Below are positions 30,386-40,952 of a DNA stretch of 64,000 bases, piece after piece; within the stretch, counting starts at the first letter, position 1, and each line of letters starts with the position of its first letter. Origin of the DNA: Verrucomicrobiota bacterium (GTDB taxonomy: Bacteria; Verrucomicrobiota; Verrucomicrobiia; Opitutales; Cerasicoccaceae); the NCBI GenBank assembly GCA_039818205.1, contig JBCBUK010000004.1, forward strand, positions 8,302 through 72,301, in the 5' to 3' direction. The position numbers and the translations under genes are program-made. The notes beneath the pieces were generated by a model. The model ran no database searches. It was given only the letters and a program-made list of their open reading frames with translations, and was not told the origin of the DNA.

Positions 30386-32167
30386 ATGAATCGCGCCTAC
30401 GTTTCTGGACTTCGCTTTAGCCTACTGATCATCGCTATTTTCGTCTGCTTCTCCGTCTTATTGGGACGGTTGATCCAGTTGCATTTGGTGGATGGGGAGA
30501 AGCTGGCGAACATCGTGCAAGAGAATCGGGAGCGCTTCCAAGAGATTCAAGCTCGCCGCGGTAACATCGTGGACCGCCAAGGGAATCTCTTGGCCTCGAC
30601 CCAGGCAGTTTACGAGATAGGCGTTGATCCGCAGGTCGTGGTTGAAGACGATATGGAGAAGGTGCCAGAGCTTGCCGCGCTTTTGGGAATGAGCCCGGAT
30701 GAGATCTGGGAAAAATTTGAGAAGCGGTTGCGGACCGTTGATGGTGCCGCCGGGCCCGAAATTCGAAATGTTCGCTGGGCAGAACTCGCCGACAGTGTTG
30801 ACGAGCAGACCTACGAAGCTGTTTTGGCGGTTGGTATCGAAGCGGTCTATGGAAACCGCAAGTATGAACGTTTGTATCCAGCGGAGCAGCTGGCCTCGCA
30901 TGTCCTTGGCTTTGTGAACAAGGAAGATGATGCCGTATCTGGGGTTGAGCGATTCTGCGATTTCTATCTCGCCGGGCAAGATGGCTGGTGGAAATCCGAA
31001 AGCGATGGTCGTCGCCGTGAGCTGGTTCAGTTTCGTTCGCGTGATGTGGAACCACGAGCTGGTTTGAGCGTGGAGCTCACGCTGGACTTGAACATTCAGC
31101 ACAAGGTCGAACTTGAGATTGCAAAGTTGGTTGAGGAGTATGACCCGAAGGCCATTTCGGTAATCGTGAGTGAGGTGGCCACGGGCCAGGTCCTGGCGAT
31201 GGCGAACCATCCAACCTATAACCCGAATGAGTTCTGGCGATCTCCGGTAGACTCGCATCGTAACCGTGCGCTGTCCGACATCTACGAGCCTGGTTCAACC
31301 TTTAAGATTGTTCCTGCAGCCGCAGCGCTGAATGAGAACCTGGTGTCACCAGACGACATTTTTGACTGCTCTTTGCCAACTGCGGAATACTATGGTCGCA
31401 CGTTGCGTCTGCCCTCCGACCATCATCCATTGGGTGAGCTTTCAGTGGAAGAGATCGTGGTTAAGTCAAGTAACCGCGGGGCTGCGTTGCTGGGAATTAA
31501 GTTGGAATCGAATCGTCTTTATGATTACTCACGTCGATTTGGTTTTGGTGAACCTACGGGCTTCCCTTTGGATCTCGAAGAAAATGGTATTTTGCACCCC
31601 GTGGATAAATGGGACGGACTCACCATTACCCGATTGCCCATGGGGCACGCAGTCAGCGCGACTCCGCTGCAGGTTCACTCGGCAATGAGTGCGATTGCCA
31701 ACGGCGGTGTCCTCATGAAACCGCAGATCGTTCGGAAAGTTTTTGATGAAAATGGCGAGAACGTCGTGCTCTTTTCGCCGGAGGCGCGCGCGCGCGTGGT
31801 CTCGTCCTATACGGCAACCCAGGTAACCGACATGTTAGCCGAGGTTGTCGGCGAAGAGGGGACGGCTCGCCGCGCGTTTATCGAGGACTATGGTATCGCC
31901 GGAAAAACGGGCACGACTCAGAAGCTGATCAACGGCCGGTATTCGAACCGGCACCACGTTGGTTCGTTTGTCGGATTCTTTCCGAAGTCCGACCCGCGCT
32001 TGGTGATCACCGTTGTGGTCGACGAGCCCAAACTTAAGGGCAATGGCTACGGTGGTGTCGTCGCCGCACCGGCCTTCCGCAACATAGCGCAGCACTGTAT
32101 TCAATACCTTGGCATACCGCCGGAGCCTAGCAGCCCCTTGGTAGCCTTGTCGGAGGACATTCGATGA
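30386..32167 (+). CDS. ftsI: Class B penicillin-binding protein (PBP3)
   Basis: RGNIVDR, EPGSTFK, SSN, KTGT; position in the dcw cluster. Confidence 0.92.
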   Translation: MNRAYVSGLRFSLLIIAIFVCFSVLLGRLIQLHLVDGEKLANIVQENRERFQEIQARRGNIVDRQGNLLASTQAVYEIGVDPQVVVEDDMEKVPELAALLGMSPDEIWEKFEKRLRTVDGAAGPEIRNVRWAELADSVDEQTYEAVLAVGIEAVYGNRKYERLYPAEQLASHVLGFVNKEDDAVSGVERFCDFYLAGQDGWWKSESDGRRRELVQFRSRDVEPRAGLSVELTLDLNIQHKVELEIAKLVEEYDPKAISVIVSEVATGQVLAMANHPTYNPNEFWRSPVDSHRNRALSDIYEPGSTFKIVPAAAALNENLVSPDDIFDCSLPTAEYYGRTLRLPSDHHPLGELSVEEIVVKSSNRGAALLGIKLESNRLYDYSRRFGFGEPTGFPLDLEENGILHPVDKWDGLTITRLPMGHAVSATPLQVHSAMSAIANGGVLMKPQIVRKVFDENGENVVLFSPEARARVVSSYTATQVTDMLAEVVGEEGTARRAFIEDYGIAGKTGTTQKLINGRYSNRHHVGSFVGFFPKSDPRLVITVVVDEPKLKGNGYGGVVAAPAFRNIAQHCIQYLGIPPEPSSPLVALSEDIR

Positions 32168-33738
32168 TTGGATTTGCATGTTTAGAAAATACCCTGAGTT
32201 GGGGCATGGCCATGCGGGCTGCGCGTTCTGATGGCGGTGGCGGTTCTTTTTCGGAACGCCGCACGCTGCGGTCCTTGGTTCACGGTGTTGAGAACAGCTC
32301 GTTCACCGGTGATGGTGATGTCGCAATAACCTGCTTGATTACGGATAGTCGGAGGGTTGTTCCTGGCGCTTTGTTCTTTGCGATTGAGGGAGCGAATACT
32401 AGCGGCTCGTACTACGCGGAAGAAGCTATCGACCGTGGTGCGGTAGGTATTGTGAGTGAACGTGCTCCTGGTCCGCGGATGAGTGTTCCTTACCTGCAGG
32501 TGGATGACGCGCGAATCGCCCTGGCGGAAATATCTGGGCGCTTCTTTGATCATCCCGATCGCACGCTAGAGCTTGCGGCTATCACCGGGACGAACGGAAA
32601 GACGACGGTGTCAATGTTGACCCAGCATTTGCTCGCTGAGCGACCCAATTCGGTTGGGTTGATTGGAACCGTTCGCTATGACCTGGGCCGTCGGACACTG
32701 CCCAGCTATAAGACCACGCCTGAGTCAGTTGATATCCATTCGATGTTGGACCAAATGCGGGCAGAGAATTGCGAATCGGCGGTCTTGGAAATTAGCTCTC
32801 ACGCGATTGATCAACACCGTATTCGCGGGATACGCTTTTCAGTAGCGGCGTTTCTGAACCTGACTCAAGACCATATCGATTACCATCGATCCATGGACGA
32901 GTATTATGCGGTCAAGCGTCGGCTGTTTACCGGAGAGACTGGCAACACGCCGGAAGCTGTTGTGATCAACATCGATGACCCTTATGGGCGTCGCCTGGCA
33001 GACGAAGTTTCCGGGAGCACGCGTGTGATCACATTTGGGGAAGATCCTGATGCCGAGTTTCGGGCTTGTGAGGTACACTTATCGCCAACAGGCAGTAGCT
33101 TCAAATTGGTGTGGCCCGAGGGTAGTGTTGAGCTAACGACCGAACTCGCTGGTAAATATAACATCAGTAACCTGATTGGCTCCTTGGCGATCGGATACGC
33201 TTTGGGCAAGGATATGCAATCGATGATCGCGCGGATTCCGAGTTTCCCTGGAGTTCCCGGGCGAATGGAACGGATTGAAGAAGGGCAGACTTATCCTGTT
33301 CTGGTTGACTATGCACATACCGATGATGCCCTGCGTAACGCATTGACAATGCTGCGTGAGATTACTCCCGGTCGCGTGCTGGTTGTCTTTGGTTGTGGCG
33401 GGAATCGCGATCGCGAGAAGCGTCCACTCATGACTCAGGTCGTTCAGGAAAAAGCAGACTTTGCTTGGGCAACCGCTGACAACCCCCGCAAAGAGGCGCT
33501 GGAGTCCATATTTAAAGATATGCGAACTGGGGTGAAAAAGCACGATGCTATAGAGTTTATCGATGATCGGCGCCGCGCAATCAGTCTTGCGCTAGATGAA
33601 GCACGTGAGGGAGACTGTGTGCTCATCGCTGGCAAGGGTCATGAAACCTACCAAGAATTCGCGGATACCGTTGCGCCATTTGACGACCGTCAAGTGGCTC
33701 GCGAATTGCTGAACCTAAAGAAGCTTCGACCGATCTAA
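32164..33738 (+). CDS. murE: UDP-MurNAc-L-Ala-D-Glu--meso-DAP ligase
   Basis: ITGTNGKTT, TTPES, EISSHA, VDYAHT, GCGGNRD, DNPR (DAP-type), AGKGHE. Confidence 0.96.
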   Translation: MIGFACLENTLSWGMAMRAARSDGGGGSFSERRTLRSLVHGVENSSFTGDGDVAITCLITDSRRVVPGALFFAIEGANTSGSYYAEEAIDRGAVGIVSERAPGPRMSVPYLQVDDARIALAEISGRFFDHPDRTLELAAITGTNGKTTVSMLTQHLLAERPNSVGLIGTVRYDLGRRTLPSYKTTPESVDIHSMLDQMRAENCESAVLEISSHAIDQHRIRGIRFSVAAFLNLTQDHIDYHRSMDEYYAVKRRLFTGETGNTPEAVVINIDDPYGRRLADEVSGSTRVITFGEDPDAEFRACEVHLSPTGSSFKLVWPEGSVELTTELAGKYNISNLIGSLAIGYALGKDMQSMIARIPSFPGVPGRMERIEEGQTYPVLVDYAHTDDALRNALTMLREITPGRVLVVFGCGGNRDREKRPLMTQVVQEKADFAWATADNPRKEALESIFKDMRTGVKKHDAIEFIDDRRRAISLALDEAREGDCVLIAGKGHETYQEFADTVAPFDDRQVARELLNLKKLRPI

Positions 33739-35147
33739 TGCCCGAATTTCCCTCCCAGACAATCGCCGAATGGACCGCAGGAGAGTGGTCCTCTACGCCG
33801 GCGTCTGGGTCAATTCGCGGATTCTGTCATGACACCCGGCAACTCCAGCCGGGCGATTGCTTTGTTGCCTTGAAGACCGCTCAGCGCGATGGGCATGACT
33901 TCCTCGGCCAGGCCAAGCGAGCAGGGGCTGCCGCGGCGATCGTTTCCGAGGTGCGTTCTGATGTTTCACTCCCTCAATTGAGAACGGTCGATCCTTTATT
34001 GGCATTTCAGACGATTGCGTTGCAACACCGCCACACCTTTCCGGGAAAGGTTGTCGGAATTACCGGAAGTTGTGGCAAGACCTCGACGAAAGACCTGACG
34101 GCTCACCTGTTGGGGGAGCGGTGTTTGAAAACACAGAAGAACCTTAACAATACGCTGGGCGTTCCTTTGACCATAACGCAGTTGGACCCCGTTGCGCATG
34201 ACTTCGGCGTTATCGAGGCCGGGATAAATCAGCCCGGAGAAATGTCGGCCCTTGGCGGTATGATCGCGCCCGACATCGCTGTGGTCACAATGATTGGGGA
34301 TGCGCATCTTGAGAAGTTGGGGTCGATTGAGAACATTGCGCGCGAGAAGGCGGAGCTTGTTCGTTTAGCCGCTCCTGGATCGACCTTGGTATGCGGTGCC
34401 AATTGCCTGCAGTTCGATGCCTTTCGCCATTTCGCAGGCGAGATTTTTGCCGTTTGCCTCGCCTGTGAGAAGACACCGGCTTTAGATTACACGGAGTATC
34501 GCAGCTGCTGCCGTTACTATCGCGACGACGACGGCTCGACCCGCGTCCAGGTCTACTCGCCCGTGGTTGCTGGTCAGTTTGTTATTCGGGCAAGTGTGAC
34601 TGCGGGTATGGTGACCAATGCCGTGATCGCAGCGATAACGGCAGTGCTTTGCGGTGCAAAGTGGTCAACTATCCAAGAACGGATGAATGACTGGAAACCC
34701 GCGGCCGATCGTGGAGCCACCTACCGCCACGAGGATAACTATTACTACGTTGATTGCTATAATGCTAATCCTGCTTCCATGATTGACGCATTGAAAACTT
34801 TTCAAACCATTGCGCCGCCTGAGCTGCCAAAAACGTTTGTGCTGGGCGGAATGAAAGAGCTCGGGGATGCAAGTGATTCGCTTCATGAAAAAGTGGGTGC
34901 ACACCTGATTCTCGATCGTGACGACCGTGCAGTTTTAGTTGGTGAAGAAGCCAAAGCCTACGAGGAAGGGCTGCGAAAGGGAGGTGCGATTGCCGAGCAA
35001 ATCACTTGGGTAGAAGATGCCTCTGAAGCGTTGGCCACGGTTCAAGACCGCTCCGGTGCTGTATTTGTAAAAGGGAGCCGAGCCTACGCGCTTGAGCAGG
35101 TATTGCCTCACGGATTGCTGGGTGCCAAGGAGGTTGCGACGTGCTAA
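33738..35147 (+). CDS. murF: UDP-MurNAc-tripeptide--D-Ala-D-Ala ligase
   Basis: DGHDF, ITGSCGKTSTK, NLNNTLGVP, DCYNANP, MKELG, KGSR. Confidence 0.95.
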   Translation: MPEFPSQTIAEWTAGEWSSTPASGSIRGFCHDTRQLQPGDCFVALKTAQRDGHDFLGQAKRAGAAAAIVSEVRSDVSLPQLRTVDPLLAFQTIALQHRHTFPGKVVGITGSCGKTSTKDLTAHLLGERCLKTQKNLNNTLGVPLTITQLDPVAHDFGVIEAGINQPGEMSALGGMIAPDIAVVTMIGDAHLEKLGSIENIAREKAELVRLAAPGSTLVCGANCLQFDAFRHFAGEIFAVCLACEKTPALDYTEYRSCCRYYRDDDGSTRVQVYSPVVAGQFVIRASVTAGMVTNAVIAAITAVLCGAKWSTIQERMNDWKPAADRGATYRHEDNYYYVDCYNANPASMIDALKTFQTIAPPELPKTFVLGGMKELGDASDSLHEKVGAHLILDRDDRAVLVGEEAKAYEEGLRKGGAIAEQITWVEDASEALATVQDRSGAVFVKGSRAYALEQVLPHGLLGAKEVATC

Positions 35148-36241
35148 GTTACCTGGCTGAATACGAGGACGTCTTTGGTCCGTTGCGCTTGTTCCGCTTC
35201 CTGACCTTCCGCATGATGATGGCTGCCGGGATGGGGCTGTTTTTCGGTTTCTTGATTGCGCCGCCGATCTTTGCGCGTTTACGTCGCCTCAAGGCTGAAC
35301 AGTTTATCCGGGACCACAAGGAAGTCGGTAAACTTGCGGATCTGCATGCGAGTAAGAAAGCCACCCCAACGATGGGCGGCTTAATGATTTTTGCAACGGT
35401 GACGACGAGCTCAATACTGTGGGCTGCCCCCAATACTTATGTGTTGGTCGCCCTGGTGGTCTATGCTGGTCTGACGGCGATCGGTTTCTTTGATGACTAC
35501 TTGAAGATCACGAAGAAAAGTAGTGCTGGTTTATCGAGTCGATGGAAGCTTGCGGGGCAAGCTCTGCTAACGGTGTTTGCCATTGGTTTGTTGTTTGGCA
35601 ATCCTGCAACACGGGGGGAGATGAGTGAGCTATGGTTGCCGTTTTACAAGTATGCGGTGATTGAGTCGATGCCTTGGTGGTTTGCGTTCATCTTCTTCTT
35701 CTTTGTGATGGCCGGTGCAAGTAACGCTATCAACCTCACCGATGGAGTGGATGGTCTCGCGATTGGCTGCACGGTCTCGGCATCGCTGGTCTATGGGATC
35801 ATGGCCTATGCCGCGGGTAATATTATCATTTCCGACTATCTGCTGATCAGCTACATCCCCGGCACCGGTGAGCTTGCCGTAATCTGCTCTGCTTTGGTTG
35901 GTGGTAGCTTGGCTTTTTTGTGGTACAACAGTCACCCGGCCAGTGTCTTCATGGGAGATACCGGTTCGTTGGCGCTTGGTGGGTTGATAGGCTCGATCGC
36001 ATTCATGGTTCATCAACCAGTAACACTCGTGATCGTCGGTGGCATATTCGTGATGGAGGCCGTATCGGTGATTTTGCAGGTCGGGTCGTTTAAACTCACG
36101 GGAAAACGGATCTTCCGGATGGCGCCGATTCACCACCACTTCGAGTTGGGTGGTTGGCATGAATCAAAAGTCGTTATTCGGTTTTGGATCCTGTCGTTGA
36201 TCTTCGCATTTATCGGACTGGCTTCTTTGAAAATTCGTTAA
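35141..36241 (+). CDS. mraY: Phospho-MurNAc-pentapeptide transferase
   Basis: TPTMGG, DDY, NAINLTDGVDGL, FMGDTGS, MAPIHHHFE. Confidence 0.97.
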   Translation: MLSYLAEYEDVFGPLRLFRFLTFRMMMAAGMGLFFGFLIAPPIFARLRRLKAEQFIRDHKEVGKLADLHASKKATPTMGGLMIFATVTTSSILWAAPNTYVLVALVVYAGLTAIGFFDDYLKITKKSSAGLSSRWKLAGQALLTVFAIGLLFGNPATRGEMSELWLPFYKYAVIESMPWWFAFIFFFFVMAGASNAINLTDGVDGLAIGCTVSASLVYGIMAYAAGNIIISDYLLISYIPGTGELAVICSALVGGSLAFLWYNSHPASVFMGDTGSLALGGLIGSIAFMVHQPVTLVIVGGIFVMEAVSVILQVGSFKLTGKRIFRMAPIHHHFELGGWHESKVVIRFWILSLIFAFIGLASLKIR

Positions 36242-36245
36242 TCCC

Positions 36246-37550
36246 ATGTCGATTCTTCCCAACATACCCGACCTACGCTCCGGACCGATTGCGGTTTTCG
36301 GAAACGGCGTGAGTGGGCAGGGGGCTGCAGCGCTTTTGCGAAGCCGTGGTGCATGGGTGAATATGTTCGATCAGCATGGGGGACCTGGCGTTAAAACCAA
36401 GTTCGCCGAATCGGATGCCAAGACCCACCGCCTGGTCGTTTTCAGCCCAGGCTTCCCGCCGGATCATCCGTGGTTGGTGTGTGCGCGCGACGCTGGCGCC
36501 AAGCTTTACGGAGAACTGGATTTCGCCTCAATCTACTGGCCGGGTGCCACGATTGCAGTAACCGGTACGAATGGCAAATCGACCTTAACGCAATTCTTGG
36601 TTCATGCCTTGAAGTCGATTGGAGCCGATGCTTTGGCCGCCGGAAATGTCGGTTACCCCTTGTCGCGGTATTTCGAAACTGGCGCGGGGGATCGCTCAAC
36701 GGTCGTGTGTGAGATCAGTTCGTTTCAAGCGGAGGCCCTGCAGGCGTTTAGCCCCTTGGTGCTTTTCTGGACAAACATTTCTGAGGACCATTTGGACCGC
36801 CATGGTTCGATGGAAAACTATTTCCGTGCAAAGTGGCGTCTCGTGGAACGGCTTCGACGACCCCGCTTGATCATTGGACCAAGCGTAGCGGAAATGGCGG
36901 AGAAGCTCGGATTCAAACTGCCTTCGTTTGCGAAGGTCGTCTCTATGGATGATGTCGAGTTGCCAGATAGTGGGCCCTTTTCGTGTGCGCCTCAGGCGCA
37001 CAATTATGCCTTGGCTCGCATCTACTGGGAGGAAGAATCCTATGATCCGAAGGTTCTTGAGGCTGCGGCACGCAGTTTTCAACTGGCGCCCCATCGCTTG
37101 GAACGCGTTGCCGAGAAAGACGGCGTGGAGTTTTGGAATGATTCGGTTGCGACAAATGCGGCTGCTGCTGAAGCGGCGATTTCGACAATCAGACGTCCGA
37201 TCCACTGGATCGGCGGTGGGCGCAACAAAGGGTGCGAGATCGATGTATTCGCCAAGCGTATCGCGAACCGCCTGGACGCAGCCTATCTGATCGGGGAGTC
37301 AGGCCAAGAAATGGCAAGAGTTCTCGGAGAAAGCGGAGTCGACGCTCGCTACTCAGAAACCCTGGAGCAGGCCGTTATGGAAGCCTGGGAAAAGTGTCCA
37401 GTGAACGGAAGTATACTTTTAAGCCCTGGCTTTGCCAGTCACGATCAATTTTCAAATTATGTTAAACGCGGAGAATGCTTCAAGCAGACGGTTTTGAGTT
37501 TGAAGGCTCGCTCAGCCCGACCTACCGTCAACCAATGCGTCAAACCATAA
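36246..37550 (+). CDS. murD: UDP-MurNAc-L-Ala--D-Glu ligase
   Basis: SPG, VTGTNGKST, EISSFQ, DHLDRH, HRLE, NDSVATN, LLSPG.AS.DQF. Confidence 0.93.
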   Translation: MSILPNIPDLRSGPIAVFGNGVSGQGAAALLRSRGAWVNMFDQHGGPGVKTKFAESDAKTHRLVVFSPGFPPDHPWLVCARDAGAKLYGELDFASIYWPGATIAVTGTNGKSTLTQFLVHALKSIGADALAAGNVGYPLSRYFETGAGDRSTVVCEISSFQAEALQAFSPLVLFWTNISEDHLDRHGSMENYFRAKWRLVERLRRPRLIIGPSVAEMAEKLGFKLPSFAKVVSMDDVELPDSGPFSCAPQAHNYALARIYWEEESYDPKVLEAAARSFQLAPHRLERVAEKDGVEFWNDSVATNAAAAEAAISTIRRPIHWIGGGRNKGCEIDVFAKRIANRLDAAYLIGESGQEMARVLGESGVDARYSETLEQAVMEAWEKCPVNGSILLSPGFASHDQFSNYVKRGECFKQTVLSLKARSARPTVNQCVKP

Positions 37551-37561
37551 AACCAATTCTC

Positions 37562-38719
37562 ATGAAACTCGCCCACATATTTTCCATCGTTGTTGGCTTG
37601 CACTTGGCAATCATCGTGATCCTTTTCGTGACGCCTGGTTGCGCGAGTGATTCCAGCCAACCCGCGCCGACCGCGGTTACTCAGGCTGGCGATCCGGCCC
37701 GTGCGCAGGAGCAATCTCAACCGGCGGCCGCGCCCGTTGCCGCCGTAGTTCCAGCGCCCAGCGAAAAGCGCTATCCGCCGACACGACCTTCTTGGAACCT
37801 TAATGAGACGACCGTCGCCGAGGTGATTGTTCCTGCGGACGAAACTCCCGTTGAGGTGCTCGAAGTTGCGGCGGTTGAAAACGTTGAGATCATTCAGCCA
37901 TCTTCGTCGGGATTGAGTGAGTTCAACTCTGCTTCGTTGCCTCCGCCACAACCGTCTTCTTCTGGTGGCAAGACCTACATTGTTAAGAAAGGTGATGCCC
38001 TTTCGACAATCGCCCGTCGCCATGGAGTAACCTTGGGCGAAGTGATGGCGGCCAATGGTTTTTCCAAAGCAGAGGCAAATCGAATTCGGATTGGCCAGGC
38101 GATTATTATCCCCGATGTCGGAGATGAGCCGCAGGCTCCTGCCACTGTTCCTAGTCCACAATTCACTTCAACGCCGATTGATACTGAAGGCACTGAATAC
38201 ACGGTTCAGCGCGGTGATAGCCTTTCATCAATTGCGGTGAAAAACCGTTCGACCGTCCGGGCGATCATGAGCGCCAATGGCTTGAGCAATGACCGCATTA
38301 TTGTTGGGCAGAAATTATTGATCCCAACTGTGGAGCCCGAGCCGGCTCCAGTCGTCGGTGTGCCCAATGCGAGTGGCGATGTTACTTACATTGTTCAGCC
38401 AGGTGATACGCTCGGCGGAATCGCTCGTCGCTATGGAGTTTCGGTCAAGTCGATCATGTTGACCAATGGAATTGATGATCCGCGCAAGCTGCGGGTGAAA
38501 CAAAAGTTGATTATTCCGACTGATTTGAAGCCCGTGACACCCATTGAGTCCGCTCAGCCCGCACCGGTAGCGGTGATCGGTCCGCCAGCTCCGACTCCGC
38601 CGCCAGCTCCAGCTCCTTTGCAGCCAGCAGTGGTTGAGGAAGTTACGGTTGAAGAGATCGACTTGGATGATATCGATATCGACGAGATCGAATCGGTCCA
38701 AGTTGAAGAAGCAAATTAA
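37562..38719 (+). CDS. Membrane-anchored protein with three LysM domains
   Basis: YIVKKGDAL, YTVQRGDSL and YIVQPGDTL repeats; hydrophobic N-terminus ending TPGC; acidic tail. Confidence 0.9.
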   Translation: MKLAHIFSIVVGLHLAIIVILFVTPGCASDSSQPAPTAVTQAGDPARAQEQSQPAAAPVAAVVPAPSEKRYPPTRPSWNLNETTVAEVIVPADETPVEVLEVAAVENVEIIQPSSSGLSEFNSASLPPPQPSSSGGKTYIVKKGDALSTIARRHGVTLGEVMAANGFSKAEANRIRIGQAIIIPDVGDEPQAPATVPSPQFTSTPIDTEGTEYTVQRGDSLSSIAVKNRSTVRAIMSANGLSNDRIIVGQKLLIPTVEPEPAPVVGVPNASGDVTYIVQPGDTLGGIARRYGVSVKSIMLTNGIDDPRKLRVKQKLIIPTDLKPVTPIESAQPAPVAVIGPPAPTPPPAPAPLQPAVVEEVTVEEIDLDDIDIDEIESVQVEEAN

Positions 38720-39861
38720 TGATCACAACATGCCAGAACACATTCCGCTACCTGCGTCGACCAAGCGCAGGCTGGGCATTGCTTGCCTGTGTTGCGGCTT
38801 TGACTGTTCTTGGCATGATCATGTTAACCAGCGCTGGCTCATCGTTTAACAGCGATTCGTTTTACCTGTTTCGAAAGCAGTTCATTTGGCTCGCCTTGGC
38901 GTTGATTGCCGGCGTTGTTGCGGCCACATTCGATCTCGACCGCCTTGGTCGAATGAGCCACTTGATTGCTCTAGGCGTTCTCGTATTGCTTGGGCTGGTG
39001 GCGACGCCGGGTGTTGGTGTCGAGGTCAATGGTGCGCGACGCTGGCTTGATCTAGGAATGATGCGCTTGCAGGTTTCTGATCTGGCCAAGGTTGCCTTGA
39101 TCATTTGGTTGGCGCACTACTATGGGCAGCGGCAACGCAAGGTCGCGGAATGCTGGGCGGGATTCGGAGCCCCTTGCGCGGTCATTGGTTTGTGCTGCGG
39201 GTTGATCTTTTTACAACCGGATTTTGGGACCGCAGCTCTTTGTGGCGCGGTGGGCTTTAGCATGATGTATCTCGCTGGCGCCCGGCTTTGGTATTTGGTG
39301 CCATCGATGATTACTGGAGTTACGGCGTTCTCTGTGGCCGTTTACTATGATCCAGTCCGCTTGCGCCGGATTACTTCATTCCTCGATGTTGAGGGAAATA
39401 AAAGCGATAGCTCGTATCAGCTTTGGCAAGGGATCTTGGCATTTGGTGCCGGTGGGGTTCCTGGTGTTGGGTTGGGGCAGGGGCGTCAGCAGCTTTCGTT
39501 TTTGCCCGAGGCCCATACGGATTTTATTTTTCCTGTCATTGGCGAGGAACTCGGCCTCGTGGCGACGGCGGGCGTGGTATTACTCTTTGCGGTGATTTTT
39601 ATAGCCGTGGTTGCTTCGTTAAAGAAGGCTCCAAACCTGTATCAGTTCCTTTTGGCCGTCGGCGCGCTGCTCTTTTTGACGCTGCAAGCGATCATCAACA
39701 TGGGTGTGGTGACCGGTCTGCTACCGACGAAGGGGATGTCTTTGCCGTTTATTAGTTATGGAGGCACGAATCTGGTTACGATGTTCGTGCTTGTTGGCTT
39801 GTTGTTAAATTGTTTGGTGAGCTGGTCAGCCTCACCGCTATTACGACCGCGGGAGCTATGA
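38719..39861 (+). CDS. ftsW: SEDS peptidoglycan polymerase
   Basis: NGARRWL, QPDFGT, YQL.Q, LPEAHTDFIF, PTKG..LPFISYGG. Confidence 0.95.
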   Translation: MITTCQNTFRYLRRPSAGWALLACVAALTVLGMIMLTSAGSSFNSDSFYLFRKQFIWLALALIAGVVAATFDLDRLGRMSHLIALGVLVLLGLVATPGVGVEVNGARRWLDLGMMRLQVSDLAKVALIIWLAHYYGQRQRKVAECWAGFGAPCAVIGLCCGLIFLQPDFGTAALCGAVGFSMMYLAGARLWYLVPSMITGVTAFSVAVYYDPVRLRRITSFLDVEGNKSDSSYQLWQGILAFGAGGVPGVGLGQGRQQLSFLPEAHTDFIFPVIGEELGLVATAGVVLLFAVIFIAVVASLKKAPNLYQFLLAVGALLFLTLQAIINMGVVTGLLPTKGMSLPFISYGGTNLVTMFVLVGLLLNCLVSWSASPLLRPREL

Positions 39862-40952
39862 GCAATATCGTGATATCCTGCGGAGGTACGGGCGGTCACT
39901 TGGCTCCCGGGATCGCCGTCGCCGAAGCTCTGCAGGAAGAAGGACACCAATGCCGCTTGATTATTAGCAACAAGGACGTTGATTCGCGTCTGGTTAAAAA
40001 CTATCCGCAGTTGCAGTATGAGCGATCGCCCGGCGCTGGTTTTTCCTGGCATCCGATCAAGTTTTTGAAGTTCAATATACAGCAGACCAAGGGCCTCTTT
40101 TTCACGGTTCGGCTTATGCGTGAGTTCAAGGCTGACGCCGTTATTGGCTTTGGCGGCTTCCTGACGATGGGGGCCGTTTTGGCGGCGACCCTCACGGGCG
40201 TCCCAGTGTTCTTACACGAAGCAAATCGCAAAGTCGGACGAGCGATTCGGTTTCTCTCGGGTCTTGCAAAGCGAATCTATTTGCCTCCTGGCGCGACTAT
40301 TAACGGCTTGCGGCAACGCTTGATTCAACCCTGTGGCTATCCGATTCGTCAGGAGATTCGTCGGGTTCCGCAAGATGAGGCTCGCTCCCGTCTCGGGATC
40401 GATGTCCCTGGTAAGTTGTTGTTGGTGCTGGGCGGAAGCCAGGGAGCGACGTCGCTGAATCATTGGGTTCGGGATAATTTTGAAGAACTTGCGAAGGATA
40501 ATATCAGTGTTTACTGCGTCACTGGGCTGAACAAAAACGTGGGTGGTTCGATTGAATACCCGACTAAGGATGGTCAAGTAGCCAAGGCGATTTTTACGCC
40601 GTTTGCTGACAACATGGCCGACGTGCTCAGTGCCGTGGATCTGGTTGTTGCCCGTGCCGGTGCCGGGAGTATTGCTGAGTTTGCCCGCTGCCGCTTGCCG
40701 TCAATTTTGGTGCCCTATCCCTTTTCTGCGGATGACCACCAGTTGGCCAATGCCCAATTCCTTGAGCAGCAGGGCGGTGCCGTTGTTCTAACAGAAGACC
40801 GTCTTGATCACCTGTTTTGTGAAGTCCGAGATCTCATATTTAACGACTGGTTGATTCAGAAGTTTCGAGAGAATTTGGAGCGGATGGATCGCGATGATCC
40901 CGCTAAGCTTATTGTAAAAGACATGGACGCAATCATTGCTGAGTCCAAATGA
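39858..40952 (+). CDS. murG: Lipid II synthase (GlcNAc transferase)
   Basis: GGTGGH, GFGG, HEAN, GGSQGA, RAGA, HQ..NA. Confidence 0.96.
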   Translation: MSNIVISCGGTGGHLAPGIAVAEALQEEGHQCRLIISNKDVDSRLVKNYPQLQYERSPGAGFSWHPIKFLKFNIQQTKGLFFTVRLMREFKADAVIGFGGFLTMGAVLAATLTGVPVFLHEANRKVGRAIRFLSGLAKRIYLPPGATINGLRQRLIQPCGYPIRQEIRRVPQDEARSRLGIDVPGKLLLVLGGSQGATSLNHWVRDNFEELAKDNISVYCVTGLNKNVGGSIEYPTKDGQVAKAIFTPFADNMADVLSAVDLVVARAGAGSIAEFARCRLPSILVPYPFSADDHQLANAQFLEQQGGAVVLTEDRLDHLFCEVRDLIFNDWLIQKFRENLERMDRDDPAKLIVKDMDAIIAESK

